Assembly (NCBI GenBank): GCA_001783465.1 | Contig: MFMI01000008.1 | Span: 702 to 26,973 of the forward strand | Direction: 5' to 3' | Length of the DNA: 26,272 bases | Source: Candidatus Kaiserbacteria bacterium RIFCSPLOWO2_02_FULL_54_13 | GTDB lineage: Bacteria > Patescibacteriota > Minisyncoccia > Phycocordibacterales > Phycocordibacteraceae | Part shown: piece by piece, positions 16,317-26,026 of the stretch | Position numbering within the stretch: position 1 is the stretch's first letter | Layout: each line of letters begins with the position of its first letter | Notes under the pieces: generated by a model | What the model was told of the DNA's origin: nothing | What the model saw: only the letters and a program-made list of their open reading frames with translations | Databases searched by the model: none | Position numbers and translations under genes: made by a program

Positions 16317-16440
16317 CTTCGCTCGTAGAGTACTACGAGCTTCGCGGTGCAAGCACCATGTCAGAAAATTACGTAGACAAACCGTGTTCACTACTTGGCG
16401 AAGTGGTGCCCCGCGAAGCTATACTAGCGGAGTGGGGCCT

Positions 16441-16680
16441 ATGTATTACGTTTATATTTTAAAAAGTGGGAAAGATGGTAGCCGATACATCGGGGTTACT
16501 GAAGATTTGAAACGTAGATTATCAGAGCATAACAATGGTGGCTCTCGCTACTCCAGCAATAAACGACCGTATAAAATAATCTGGTATTCAGCATTTGTCG
16601 TTAAAGCCAGAGCACATGAATTTGAGAAATATCTTAAGTCGAGCTCGGGGTATGCTTTTTCTAAGAAACATTTGTTATAG
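16441..16680 (+). CDS. Small stand-alone GIY-YIG nuclease, second paralog, 79 aa
   Basis: 'YYVYILKS......YIGVT.DL.RR..EHN.G', 'A..FEKYLKSSSG'; ATG 16441 preferred over the track start. Confidence 0.93.
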   Translation: MYYVYILKSGKDGSRYIGVTEDLKRRLSEHNNGGSRYSSNKRPYKIIWYSAFVVKARAHEFEKYLKSSSGYAFSKKHLL

Positions 16681-16690
16681 TGCGACACAC

Positions 16691-16801
16691 GGGCCTGTAG
16701 TTCAGCGGTAAGCAGAGCTTTCTGCTTCGGCGCTCGGCAGAAGTAAATACGCAGACGCATTCACTTCGCCTTACTTCTTGCAGTAGAACGCATCCATAGC
16801 A
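16691..16801 (+). pseudogene. tRNA-Ala-like 5' fragment with a 75-nt insertion in the D-loop
   Basis: GGGCCTG-TA-GTTC-AGCGGT [insert 16710-16784] A-GAAC-G-CATCC-ATAGCAT; D stem GTTC/GAAC restored on removing the insert; no 3' half found. Confidence 0.7.
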
Positions 16802-16823
16802 TCATGTTATTCTTCCTCACGCA

Positions 16824-16896
16824 GGGCCCGTAGCTCACTTGGTAGAGCGCCGCCATGGCATGGCGGAGGCAAGGGGATCGTAACCCCTCGGGTCCA
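16824..16896 (+). tRNA. tRNA-Ala(GGC)
   Basis: GGGCCCG/CGGGTCC with G3:U70, CCGCC-ATGGCAT-GGCGG, T arm AGGGG-ATCGTAA-CCCCT (non-canonical loop); CCA not encoded. Confidence 0.9.
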
Positions 16897-16966
16897 CAAT
16901 CGCTTGACAGCGCATGCTATACTCTGGGACGGTCGAGATTATCAGCCATTATCTCTTACGACCACC

Positions 16967-17056
16967 ATGGAACCTGAAACAACGAATACGTGCGATAAGT
17001 GTGGCCACGAGCACGTTACAGGCGAGAAGTGCTCCGAGTGCGACTGCATGGGTTAA
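16967..17056 (+). CDS. Cys/His-rich 29-aa peptide, possible metal-binding microprotein
   Basis: MEPETTNTCDKCGHEHVTGEKCSECDCMG*; tgcTATACT at 16916-16924 upstream and a terminator directly downstream. Confidence 0.55.
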   Translation: MEPETTNTCDKCGHEHVTGEKCSECDCMG

Positions 17057-17076
17057 GGGCTGATTTCTCACAACGT

Positions 17077-17110
17077 AAAGCCCCGTCCTCCGAAGTGAGG
17101 ACGGGGCTTT
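17077..17110. terminator. Bidirectional intrinsic terminator
   Basis: aaagccccgtcctc-cgaagt-gaggacggggcttt, perfect 14-bp stem between convergent ORFs. Confidence 0.88.
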
Positions 17111-17128
17111 GCGCATACAGCTTTGCCT

Positions 17129-17380
17129 TTATTTCATGTGCGCCGAGACGAGCTTGGTCATCTCAAACATCGTGACCTCGCCCTTGCCGCCGAAAACAGC
17201 CTTCAGCTTGTCATCGGCGAGGATATTGCGCTTATTCGCCGGATTCTGAAGATTGTTCTTCTTGATATATACCCACAGCTGTTTGACCACTTCCGTTCTC
17301 GGGAGCGGACCTTTGCCCACAACCGCTTCTAGTTCGGCTGAAAGGGTAAGGGGCTTGGATAGAGCTGGATTTAGTGCCAT
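17129..17380 (-). CDS. SWIB/MDM2 domain protein
   Basis: 'S.EL..VVG...L.RTEVVK.LW.YIK.NNLQ.P.NKR.I.AD.KL..VF....VTMFEM.K'. Confidence 0.95.
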   Translation of the reverse strand: MALNPALSKPLTLSAELEAVVGKGPLPRTEVVKQLWVYIKKNNLQNPANKRNILADDKLKAVFGGKGEVTMFEMTKLVSAHMK

Positions 17381-17462
17381 AGTGAATGAATTGTGTTACG
17401 TTTAATAGACTGGGTTATAGTATATAGCATACAAGAGGGGGTATCTGCTACTATGTGTGTAC

Positions 17463-18209
17463 ATGCATTCAGGCATTGAAGTCGTTCTCAAGGCGGAGCA
17501 ACTGGGCTCCGTTTTCGGTTTCCCCATTACAAATTCGCTCATTATGGCGTGGATTGTGATGGCGCTCCTCATTGGCTTCGCTTATTTTTTCGGCCGGTCG
17601 CTCTCGCTTGTCCCCGGTCGGCTCCAAGCGGGTGTGGAGTGGGCATTTGAGGGCTCGCTTGTGTATATGACCGAGGTACTGGAGAGCAAGGCGCTCGCAC
17701 AGCGCTTCTTCCCGCTCGTCGCGTCCATCTTCCTCTTTATCGCGGTTATCAACGAGGTTGAGTTCTTCCCGGGTGTCGGTTCGCTCGGCCTCGTGCATTC
17801 GTCAGAATTCTTGCCGTTTCTGCGCGCGTCAACCACCGACCTCAATTTCACCCTCGCGCTCGCACTCATCGCCTTCTTCACCATTGAGGTTACAGGCATC
17901 ACGATGCTTGGTATTTCCACATATGCGAGGAAGTATGTTAATCTTAAATCGCCGATCGGGTTTGCCGTCGGGCTTATCGAGCTCGTCAGCAATCTTGGTC
18001 GGCTCATTTCGTTCTCGTTCCGTCTCTTTGGAAACATTTTCGCAGGCGAAGTGTTGATAATGGTCGCCAGCTACTTCGTACCGTATATCCTCCCGGCGCC
18101 ACTGATGGGATTTGAGATGTTTATCGGCCTCGTGCAGGCGCTCGTCTTCGCGATGCTGACGCTGTTCTTCATCAAGCTCGCGATCGCGGAGCCCGAAGGG
18201 GCACATTAA
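17463..18209 (+). CDS. atpB: ATP synthase Fo subunit a
   Basis: 'PGRLQ..VE', 'LRASTTDLN.T.ALA', conserved Arg in 'SFSFRLFGNIFAGE', 'E.F.GLVQA.VF.ML'; ATG 17463 is 8 nt after TGcTACTAT. Confidence 0.96.
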   Translation: MHSGIEVVLKAEQLGSVFGFPITNSLIMAWIVMALLIGFAYFFGRSLSLVPGRLQAGVEWAFEGSLVYMTEVLESKALAQRFFPLVASIFLFIAVINEVEFFPGVGSLGLVHSSEFLPFLRASTTDLNFTLALALIAFFTIEVTGITMLGISTYARKYVNLKSPIGFAVGLIELVSNLGRLISFSFRLFGNIFAGEVLIMVASYFVPYILPAPLMGFEMFIGLVQALVFAMLTLFFIKLAIAEPEGAH

Positions 18210-18212
18210 TAA

Positions 18213-18455
<243 letters not shown>

Positions 18456-18473
18456 CGTCCGTACGTTTGTAGC

Positions 18474-18920
18474 ATGCAACAGCTCCTCGCGGCATTTGGT
18501 GTAGATTGGCAACTTCTCGTCGCGCAGGCGGTGAACTTCGGCATTGTGCTCGTCGCGCTCTGGCACTTCCTCTACAAGCCGGTGCTCGCAATGCTCACGA
18601 AGCGGCAGAGAGTCGTCGCGAAGGGTGTTGAAGATGCAGAAGAAGCGGGGAGGATGCTCGCCGGAGCAGACACGGAGGTGTCAAAGCGCGTGGCCGCGGC
18701 CGACGAGCAGGCAGACGCCATCGTTTCTGCGGCACGCGAGTCTGCCAACATGGAGAAAGTGCGGCTCTTGAAGGAGGCTGAAGCGCGCGCGGCGGCAGTG
18801 ACGAAGGATGCCGAGGTGCGCGCGAGCGAGATAGCGGCTCGTACGCGGCGCGAGAGCGAGCAAGAAGTTGCGCGGCTCGCCATCCTTGCCGCCGAGAAGA
18901 TAATACGAACAAAAGTATGA
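18474..18920 (+). CDS. atpF: ATP synthase Fo subunit b
   Basis: 'Q.VNF.I...L..FLYKPV..ML.KR' followed by an Ala/Glu/Arg coiled coil; operon position. Confidence 0.93.
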   Translation: MQQLLAAFGVDWQLLVAQAVNFGIVLVALWHFLYKPVLAMLTKRQRVVAKGVEDAEEAGRMLAGADTEVSKRVAAADEQADAIVSAARESANMEKVRLLKEAEARAAAVTKDAEVRASEIAARTRRESEQEVARLAILAAEKIIRTKV

Positions 18921-19162
18921 TTAAGAATTATGACCTTTTCATCGCACACTTGAAGCGCACCGGACGTCTGAAGCTTCTCCCGCTGGTCCTTCACGAACTG
19001 CGAAGCGAGGAGGCGCGCGCGAAGAGACTCTCCTCAAAGACGGAGACTGCGGCGGAGAACCCCTCGCTTATTTCAGGATGGCGCACGCTTGAAAACGGTA
19101 TGCTCACCGACCGTTCCGGCAAGAGTGCGCTCATAGATATCTATAAAAAAATCACCGCCTGA
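18917..19162 (+). CDS. atpH: Truncated ATP synthase delta-like subunit (81 aa)
   Basis: Between atpF and atpA; 'NPSLISG......G.LTD.S.K..L' resembles the delta C-terminal 'DPSLIGG...G...D.S' motif; N-terminal helical domain mostly absent. Confidence 0.75.
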   Translation: MIKNYDLFIAHLKRTGRLKLLPLVLHELRSEEARAKRLSSKTETAAENPSLISGWRTLENGMLTDRSGKSALIDIYKKITA

Positions 19163-19163
19163 C

Positions 19164-20735
19164 ATGGAATCAATTATTAAAAAAATAGAGGCAGAAATCT
19201 CCGCATGGAGCCCGCAGGGCGGCTCCGAAGAGGTCGGCATCGTACGCGCGACCGGCGACGGCATCGCGGAGGTAGACGGCCTCTCAAATGCCGTTATGTC
19301 CGAAATGGTGCTCTTTGACCCTACGTTTGACCGTACGCTCGCCGAAGCGCTCAAGGACCCAAGTCCGGTCTACGGTCTCGTGTTGAATCTGGAGGAGGAC
19401 GGCGTGCGCGCGGTTATTCTCGGCGACGCCTCAAAGATTTATGAAGGGATGCTCGTGCGCCGGCTGAATCGCCTGCTCTCAATCCCGGTCGGCGAGCCGC
19501 TTGTCGGCCGCGTCGTGAATCCGCTCGGCGAACCGGTTGACGGCAAGGGGTCTTCAGGAGCGACAGAAATGCGACCCATTGAGCGCGAAGCATACGGAGT
19601 CATAGACCGCGCTCCGGTAAATGTTCCTTTGCATACGGGAGTGAAGGCGATTGATGCGATGATACCGATCGGCCGCGGCCAGCGAGAACTCATCATCGGC
19701 GACCGCGGGACCGGCAAGACCAGTATCGCGATTGATACCATCATCAACCAGAAGAACGAGCCGGCTAGCACTCGCCCCGTCTGCATCTATGTCGCTATCG
19801 GTCAGAAAGAGTCAAAGACGGCAAAGCTCGTCGCCGAGCTTGAAGAACGCGGCGCTATGGAATACACCATTATCGTTACGGCGCCCGCCTCCGCTCCAGC
19901 CGCACTCCAGTTCCTCGCGCCTTTCGCGGGCGCGACTATCGGCGAGTACTTTATGGAGCAGGGAAGAGATGCTCTCGTCATTTATGACGACCTTAGTAAG
20001 CAGGCGGTCGCGTATCGTCAGATGTCACTTCTCCTGCGCCGTCCGCCGGGCCGCGAAGCGTATCCGGGCGATATTTTCTACCTGCATTCGCGTCTTCTGG
20101 AGCGCGCCGCGAAACTCTCCAAAGAGAGGGGAGGAGGGTCGCTGACCGCGCTCCCCATTATTGAGACACAGGAAGGAGATGTCTCGGCGTATATCCCAAC
20201 GAATGTCATTTCCATCACCGACGGCCAAATCTATCTAGAAGCGAACCTTTTCAATAAAGGCCAGCGTCCGGCTATAAATGTCGGCATCTCGGTCTCGCGT
20301 GTCGGCTCTTCGGCGCAGACGAAGGCGATGAAAAAGGTCGCAGGCAAGATTAAGCTGGAGCTCGCACAGTTCCGCGAGCTGGAGGCATTCATGCAATTCT
20401 CATCCGACCTGGACGCCGAGACGAAGAAGCGCATTGATGCCGGCCGCCGTATGACCGAAGTTCTGAATCAGGGGCGCGGCGTGCCGCTCCCGTTCCATAT
20501 GGAAGCCGCAGTCATCTTTGCGGCGACGAACGGCTATCTGGACGCTTTTTCTCCCGAAGAAGTGGGCGCTGTTGAAGCAACACTGCAGGAATATTTCTCG
20601 CGAGAAGCGCCGGATGTTCTCGCCGCTATCGGCGAGTCAAAGGAGATTAGTGGACAATTGGAGAAAACGCTTCGTGAGAAATTGGATACATTTGTTGCCC
20701 GTCACGGTTCCGAGACATCGAGTGCTCGTACGTAA
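19164..20735 (+). CDS. atpA: ATP synthase F1 subunit alpha
   Basis: '[16 protein letters not shown]', '[39 protein letters not shown]', '[11 protein letters not shown]'. Confidence 0.98.
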   Translation: MESIIKKIEAEISAWSPQGGSEEVGIVRATGDGIAEVDGLSNAVMSEMVLFDPTFDRTLAEALKDPSPVYGLVLNLEEDGVRAVILGDASKIYEGMLVRRLNRLLSIPVGEPLVGRVVNPLGEPVDGKGSSGATEMRPIEREAYGVIDRAPVNVPLHTGVKAIDAMIPIGRGQRELIIGDRGTGKTSIAIDTIINQKNEPASTRPVCIYVAIGQKESKTAKLVAELEERGAMEYTIIVTAPASAPAALQFLAPFAGATIGEYFMEQGRDALVIYDDLSKQAVAYRQMSLLLRRPPGREAYPGDIFYLHSRLLERAAKLSKERGGGSLTALPIIETQEGDVSAYIPTNVISITDGQIYLEANLFNKGQRPAINVGISVSRVGSSAQTKAMKKVAGKIKLELAQFRELEAFMQFSSDLDAETKKRIDAGRRMTEVLNQGRGVPLPFHMEAAVIFAATNGYLDAFSPEEVGAVEATLQEYFSREAPDVLAAIGESKEISGQLEKTLREKLDTFVARHGSETSSART

Positions 20736-20737
20736 AT

Positions 20738-21646
20738 ATGGCTTTACGAGATATTAAAACGAAGATACAAGCCACAGAGCGTACGCACAAGGTAACGCGC
20801 GCGATGGAAGCCGTCTCGGCGGTGAAGATGCGCACAACGCAGAGCACCGCGCTCGCCGGTCGGCCCTATGCGCGCGCGGCTCTCTCTATACTCGCGCGGC
20901 TCTCTGGAAGCGCCGATATCATGCGGCATCCGCTCGCGCATGTGCGACGGGCGGAGCGCTGTGCGCTTGTCATCCTCACAAGCGACAAGGGACTCGCGGG
21001 CGCGCTCAACAGCGGCGTCATCAAGGCGGCGGCCGAAGCGGTGGCCGCGTACCCGGTCGCGGCCGTCACGGTGTATGCCTACGGCAAGAAAGGCGAAGAA
21101 TACTTCGCACGCCGCGGCTACCGCATCGCGCGTGCATTTGAGAACAAGCAAGATGTCGTTGAGTTCTCTGTTATGGAGGAGCTTGCGGCGGAGCTCTCAC
21201 AAGAGTTCATGAAAGAAACCTATGATGAGGTGCTGGTCGCGTACAGCAACTTCAAATCAACGTTTGAACAAGTACCCGCCGTGCGCCGTTTGCTCCCGCT
21301 CACGCTCGCGAATATTGAACAACTCGTCAGAGACATCGTGCCGGTGAAAGGGAAGTGGAGCGAGCTCGGACCCATAGAGTCTCCCGCGGCATATTCTATT
21401 GAACCGGACGGAAAAGAAGTATTGAATTATCTCATCCCGCGCCTCGTCTCCGTCTCGCTGTACCACTTCTTGCTTGAAGCGAAAGCGTCAGAACATTCCG
21501 CGCGCATGGTGGCGATGAAAAACGCTTCGGATAAATCGCGCGAGGTCGCACACGACCTCACGCGCCTTTTCAACAAAATCCGCCAGGCGGGCATCACCCG
21601 CGAGGTCTCCGAGATCGTCGGCGGCCGCGAAGCCCTCACCACTTGA
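20738..21646 (+). CDS. atpG: ATP synthase F1 subunit gamma
   Basis: 'T.K.TRAME.VSA.K', 'TSDKGLAG.LNS', 'SEHSARM.AM.NAS', 'N..RQA.IT.E.SEIV.G'. Confidence 0.97.
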   Translation: MALRDIKTKIQATERTHKVTRAMEAVSAVKMRTTQSTALAGRPYARAALSILARLSGSADIMRHPLAHVRRAERCALVILTSDKGLAGALNSGVIKAAAEAVAAYPVAAVTVYAYGKKGEEYFARRGYRIARAFENKQDVVEFSVMEELAAELSQEFMKETYDEVLVAYSNFKSTFEQVPAVRRLLPLTLANIEQLVRDIVPVKGKWSELGPIESPAAYSIEPDGKEVLNYLIPRLVSVSLYHFLLEAKASEHSARMVAMKNASDKSREVAHDLTRLFNKIRQAGITREVSEIVGGREALTT

Positions 21647-21648
21647 AT

Positions 21649-22035
21649 ATGTGGAAAGATTTTACAAAATGGTTCAAGGGAAAGACGGAAGTACATAATG
21701 AAAAAGCGCGACCATTCTTTCGAGAAGGCGAAGTGTGGTTTGCGGCACTTGGTGCAAATATCGGATTCGAACAAGATGGACGCGGTGAGCAATATTTGCG
21801 ACCAGTCGTGGTCATCAGAAAATTCAATAAGGAGATTTGCTGGGGTATTCCGCTAACGAAGAATCAGAAGAAAAGTGTCTATTATTTTTCATTCACCTTA
21901 AACGATACAACAAGCACCGCTATACTTTCTCAGATTCGCCTTGTAGATGCAAAGCGCCTGTATTACCGTATTGGAACGGTTTCTGAAATTGAGTTTGTTG
22001 AAATGAAAAAACGGCTCAAAGCATTACTGCCATGA
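21649..22035 (+). CDS. PemK/MazF-like endoribonuclease toxin family protein, no adjacent antitoxin gene
   Basis: 'GEVWF..LG.NIG.EQ.G......RPVVV..K', 'GIPLT', 'AILSQIR.VD.KRL..RIG'; ATG 2 nt after the atpG stop. Confidence 0.85.
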   Translation: MWKDFTKWFKGKTEVHNEKARPFFREGEVWFAALGANIGFEQDGRGEQYLRPVVVIRKFNKEICWGIPLTKNQKKSVYYFSFTLNDTTSTAILSQIRLVDAKRLYYRIGTVSEIEFVEMKKRLKALLP

Positions 22036-22153
22036 ACCGTCTTTCATTTTTACCCCTTGCGGGGAGGGCCGAAGCCGTTTGTACCGGTATCATAGGGCAT
22101 ACAGAATGGGAAGTCAATGAACTCTGTGGACAAATCGTTTTAACTAAATAAAT

Positions 22154-24170
<2,017 letters not shown>

Positions 24171-24196
24171 CGGAGGTCCTGAACGGAGTGAAGGAT

Positions 24197-24442
24197 ATGA
24201 AAACGTTCCACCTTACGGTCGCAAAAGTCGGAGAAAATCTCTTTGACGGAAAGGTGATCTCTGTCTCTCTTCCCGGGAGCGAGGGAGTGTTCCAGGTTCT
24301 CGCCGAGCACGAGGCATTCGTTTCTGAACTGAAAGAAGGCGAGATGCATATCAGGACTTCAGATGGTCAGATATCTGATTTCCGGCTTCCAGATGGCGGG
24401 GTGGCCGAAGTCTCTCGCAACCAAGCGACTGTTCTTCTCTAG
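24197..24442 (+). CDS. atpC: ATP synthase epsilon subunit, N-terminal beta domain only
   Basis: 'LPGSEG.FQVLA.HEAFVSEL..G', 'GGVAEVS.N..TVLL' then stop; no C-terminal helices. Confidence 0.9.
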   Translation: MKTFHLTVAKVGENLFDGKVISVSLPGSEGVFQVLAEHEAFVSELKEGEMHIRTSDGQISDFRLPDGGVAEVSRNQATVLL

Positions 24443-24478
24443 CACTTGCGCATATTCCATAAAGCGTATACTGGGGGC

Positions 24479-24922
24479 ATGGACTCCGACGGGGATTCCG
24501 AGGGGGGCGGGGATACGAAAGCAAGTATCATAAGTGTTCCCCCGCGCCGCGAAATACCGCATTATCACGGCGATGAAACGCGGGTCATTTTCGTTGTGAG
24601 TGCGATTGTGCTTATCGTCGCGCAATCCACCGGCGCGGACCTCCCGCTCTCTACGGCCGGCTCGGTCATGTCCGCCGTCCTGTTGGTCATTGCGGCTGGA
24701 GTGACGAATCCGGCACAGCACGGGATACATTGGACGAACGCGTGTATCGCCACCGCTGGCACCATCCTCTTCGGCATCACCGCCATTGACCGTTATCGTG
24801 CGGGAGTGAGCATCTTTGAACCCTCTTTCATTTACGTTGAAGCGCTTGCACTCCTCTCGCTCATCGCGCTCTACTTCACCACGCGGACTATCCGCGGTAT
24901 CCGCATGCGTCCGAAGTTCTGA
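24479..24922 (+). CDS. Hypothetical membrane protein (about 4 TM)
   Basis: Hydrophobic segments after 'EIPHYHGD..R..F'; ATG 24479 is 6 nt after TATACT (24467-24472). Confidence 0.75.
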   Translation: MDSDGDSEGGGDTKASIISVPPRREIPHYHGDETRVIFVVSAIVLIVAQSTGADLPLSTAGSVMSAVLLVIAAGVTNPAQHGIHWTNACIATAGTILFGITAIDRYRAGVSIFEPSFIYVEALALLSLIALYFTTRTIRGIRMRPKF

Positions 24923-24939
24923 CGTTGTCCCCCGCACCG

Positions 24940-25950
24940 CTAATGCATTGAGGATTCATAATACTTACGAATAAATTCATGAAGACGTTTTGCCGCTTCC
25001 TTTTTGTCCGTATCTGTTCTCTGGAGCATGTAAAGATATGACACCATGATCGCAGAAGCATAGATGACAAAGAAAGAATCCAAATCATGATCAACTTTAA
25101 GCCCTCCTTCATTTTCGTAGCCAGCGACAAAAGAGTCAAAAAGTCCCTTGTCACCGCTAAGGCCCCAAATATCTGCACCGATACGGTATAGAGGCATTAA
25201 CTGATGCTCAATAAGCCACTCTTCTTTCGGAGGGAAGGTATCTATCAAATAGAGTGTCCCATTCGAAAAAATAGCATTTTGACTATGGGAGTCACCGCTG
25301 TGCGCAAGTTCATTGCTCAAACGGCCTTCAAACAGCTTACGATTCTTGTTGCGAAAGGCCTCCAAAAAATCACAATATTCCGATGATTCTTCTTTGCTGA
25401 TGTGTTCAGTTACCGACTGCATCCACTCTCGCAGATCTTTGATCCTATCGGCAAATAGCTGATGATAATTATGACCCTCCACCTTGACCGTCCTTGCCTG
25501 TTTTAGGGTTTGTGCAAGTTGCTTGCCCATGGTGAACGCCTCGTCTTTTGTTATTTCGCCGCGCATCAACTTCTCGAACAACACATCGTTCGCATCAACA
25601 CGGTTCATGACGATAAGGAGCTCCTCCGCCGCATCGATAAGTTTTGTGAACTGTAATTGGTCGTCGTGCACCCTCACCCCTTTCAGTTCAAGGTAGATAG
25701 ACGGACTGAGAGAATGATTCCATTCAAAGTCACGTTTTGTGAAGTTGAAACGTGCGTCTCTGTCTGATAGGTCGCGGAACCCTTTATTGAAAAAATCGTT
25801 GTCGTTTTTGTAAAGCTTATACACGGTGTCATCAAAAACGAACACATTGGAAATGACTGTCTCAATGTGGAGTGGCGACTTATTTTCTCCCGGTACCTTG
25901 CCGCTTTCGAGCAAGGTCAGGATATTTTTTTGAGAATACGACACGAACAT
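24940..25950 (-). CDS. Aminoglycoside phosphotransferase-like kinase fold protein (COG2187-like N-terminal domain)
   Basis: 'HIET.IS.VF......YKL.K', 'DLS....R......E/D...N..LSP.IYL', catalytic-loop variant 'SGDSHSQN', 'LIDT'; no C-terminal AAA/gluconate-kinase domain. Confidence 0.7.
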   Translation of the reverse strand: MFVSYSQKNILTLLESGKVPGENKSPLHIETVISNVFVFDDTVYKLYKNDNDFFNKGFRDLSDRDARFNFTKRDFEWNHSLSPSIYLELKGVRVHDDQLQFTKLIDAAEELLIVMNRVDANDVLFEKLMRGEITKDEAFTMGKQLAQTLKQARTVKVEGHNYHQLFADRIKDLREWMQSVTEHISKEESSEYCDFLEAFRNKNRKLFEGRLSNELAHSGDSHSQNAIFSNGTLYLIDTFPPKEEWLIEHQLMPLYRIGADIWGLSGDKGLFDSFVAGYENEGGLKVDHDLDSFFVIYASAIMVSYLYMLQRTDTDKKEAAKRLHEFIRKYYESSMH

Positions 25951-25977
25951 AGCTTAACAACTCGGTCCTAAAATAGA

Positions 25978-26017
25978 AAGCGCGGGCGACAAGGGATTCC
26001 CTCTGTCGTCCGCGCTT
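25978..26017 (-). terminator. Intrinsic terminator after the IMPase gene
   Basis: aagcgcgggcgaca / tgtcgtccgcgctt 14-bp stem, followed on - by TCTATTTT. Confidence 0.75.
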
Positions 26018-26026
26018 GGACTCGCG

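Noticed and set aside
16358-16462. Short ORF MSENYVDKPCSLLGEVVPREAILAEWGLCITFIF upstream of the second GIY-YIG
   Set aside because: Runs through the hairpin region and overlaps the nuclease out of frame; no coding evidence.
16691-16801. Functional tRNA-Ala(AGC) completing a four-anticodon set
   Set aside because: The 3' anticodon strand (expected GGATG), T arm and acceptor 3' strand are missing; I found no 3' half after tRNA-Ala(GGC), so it is not nested like the Pro pair.
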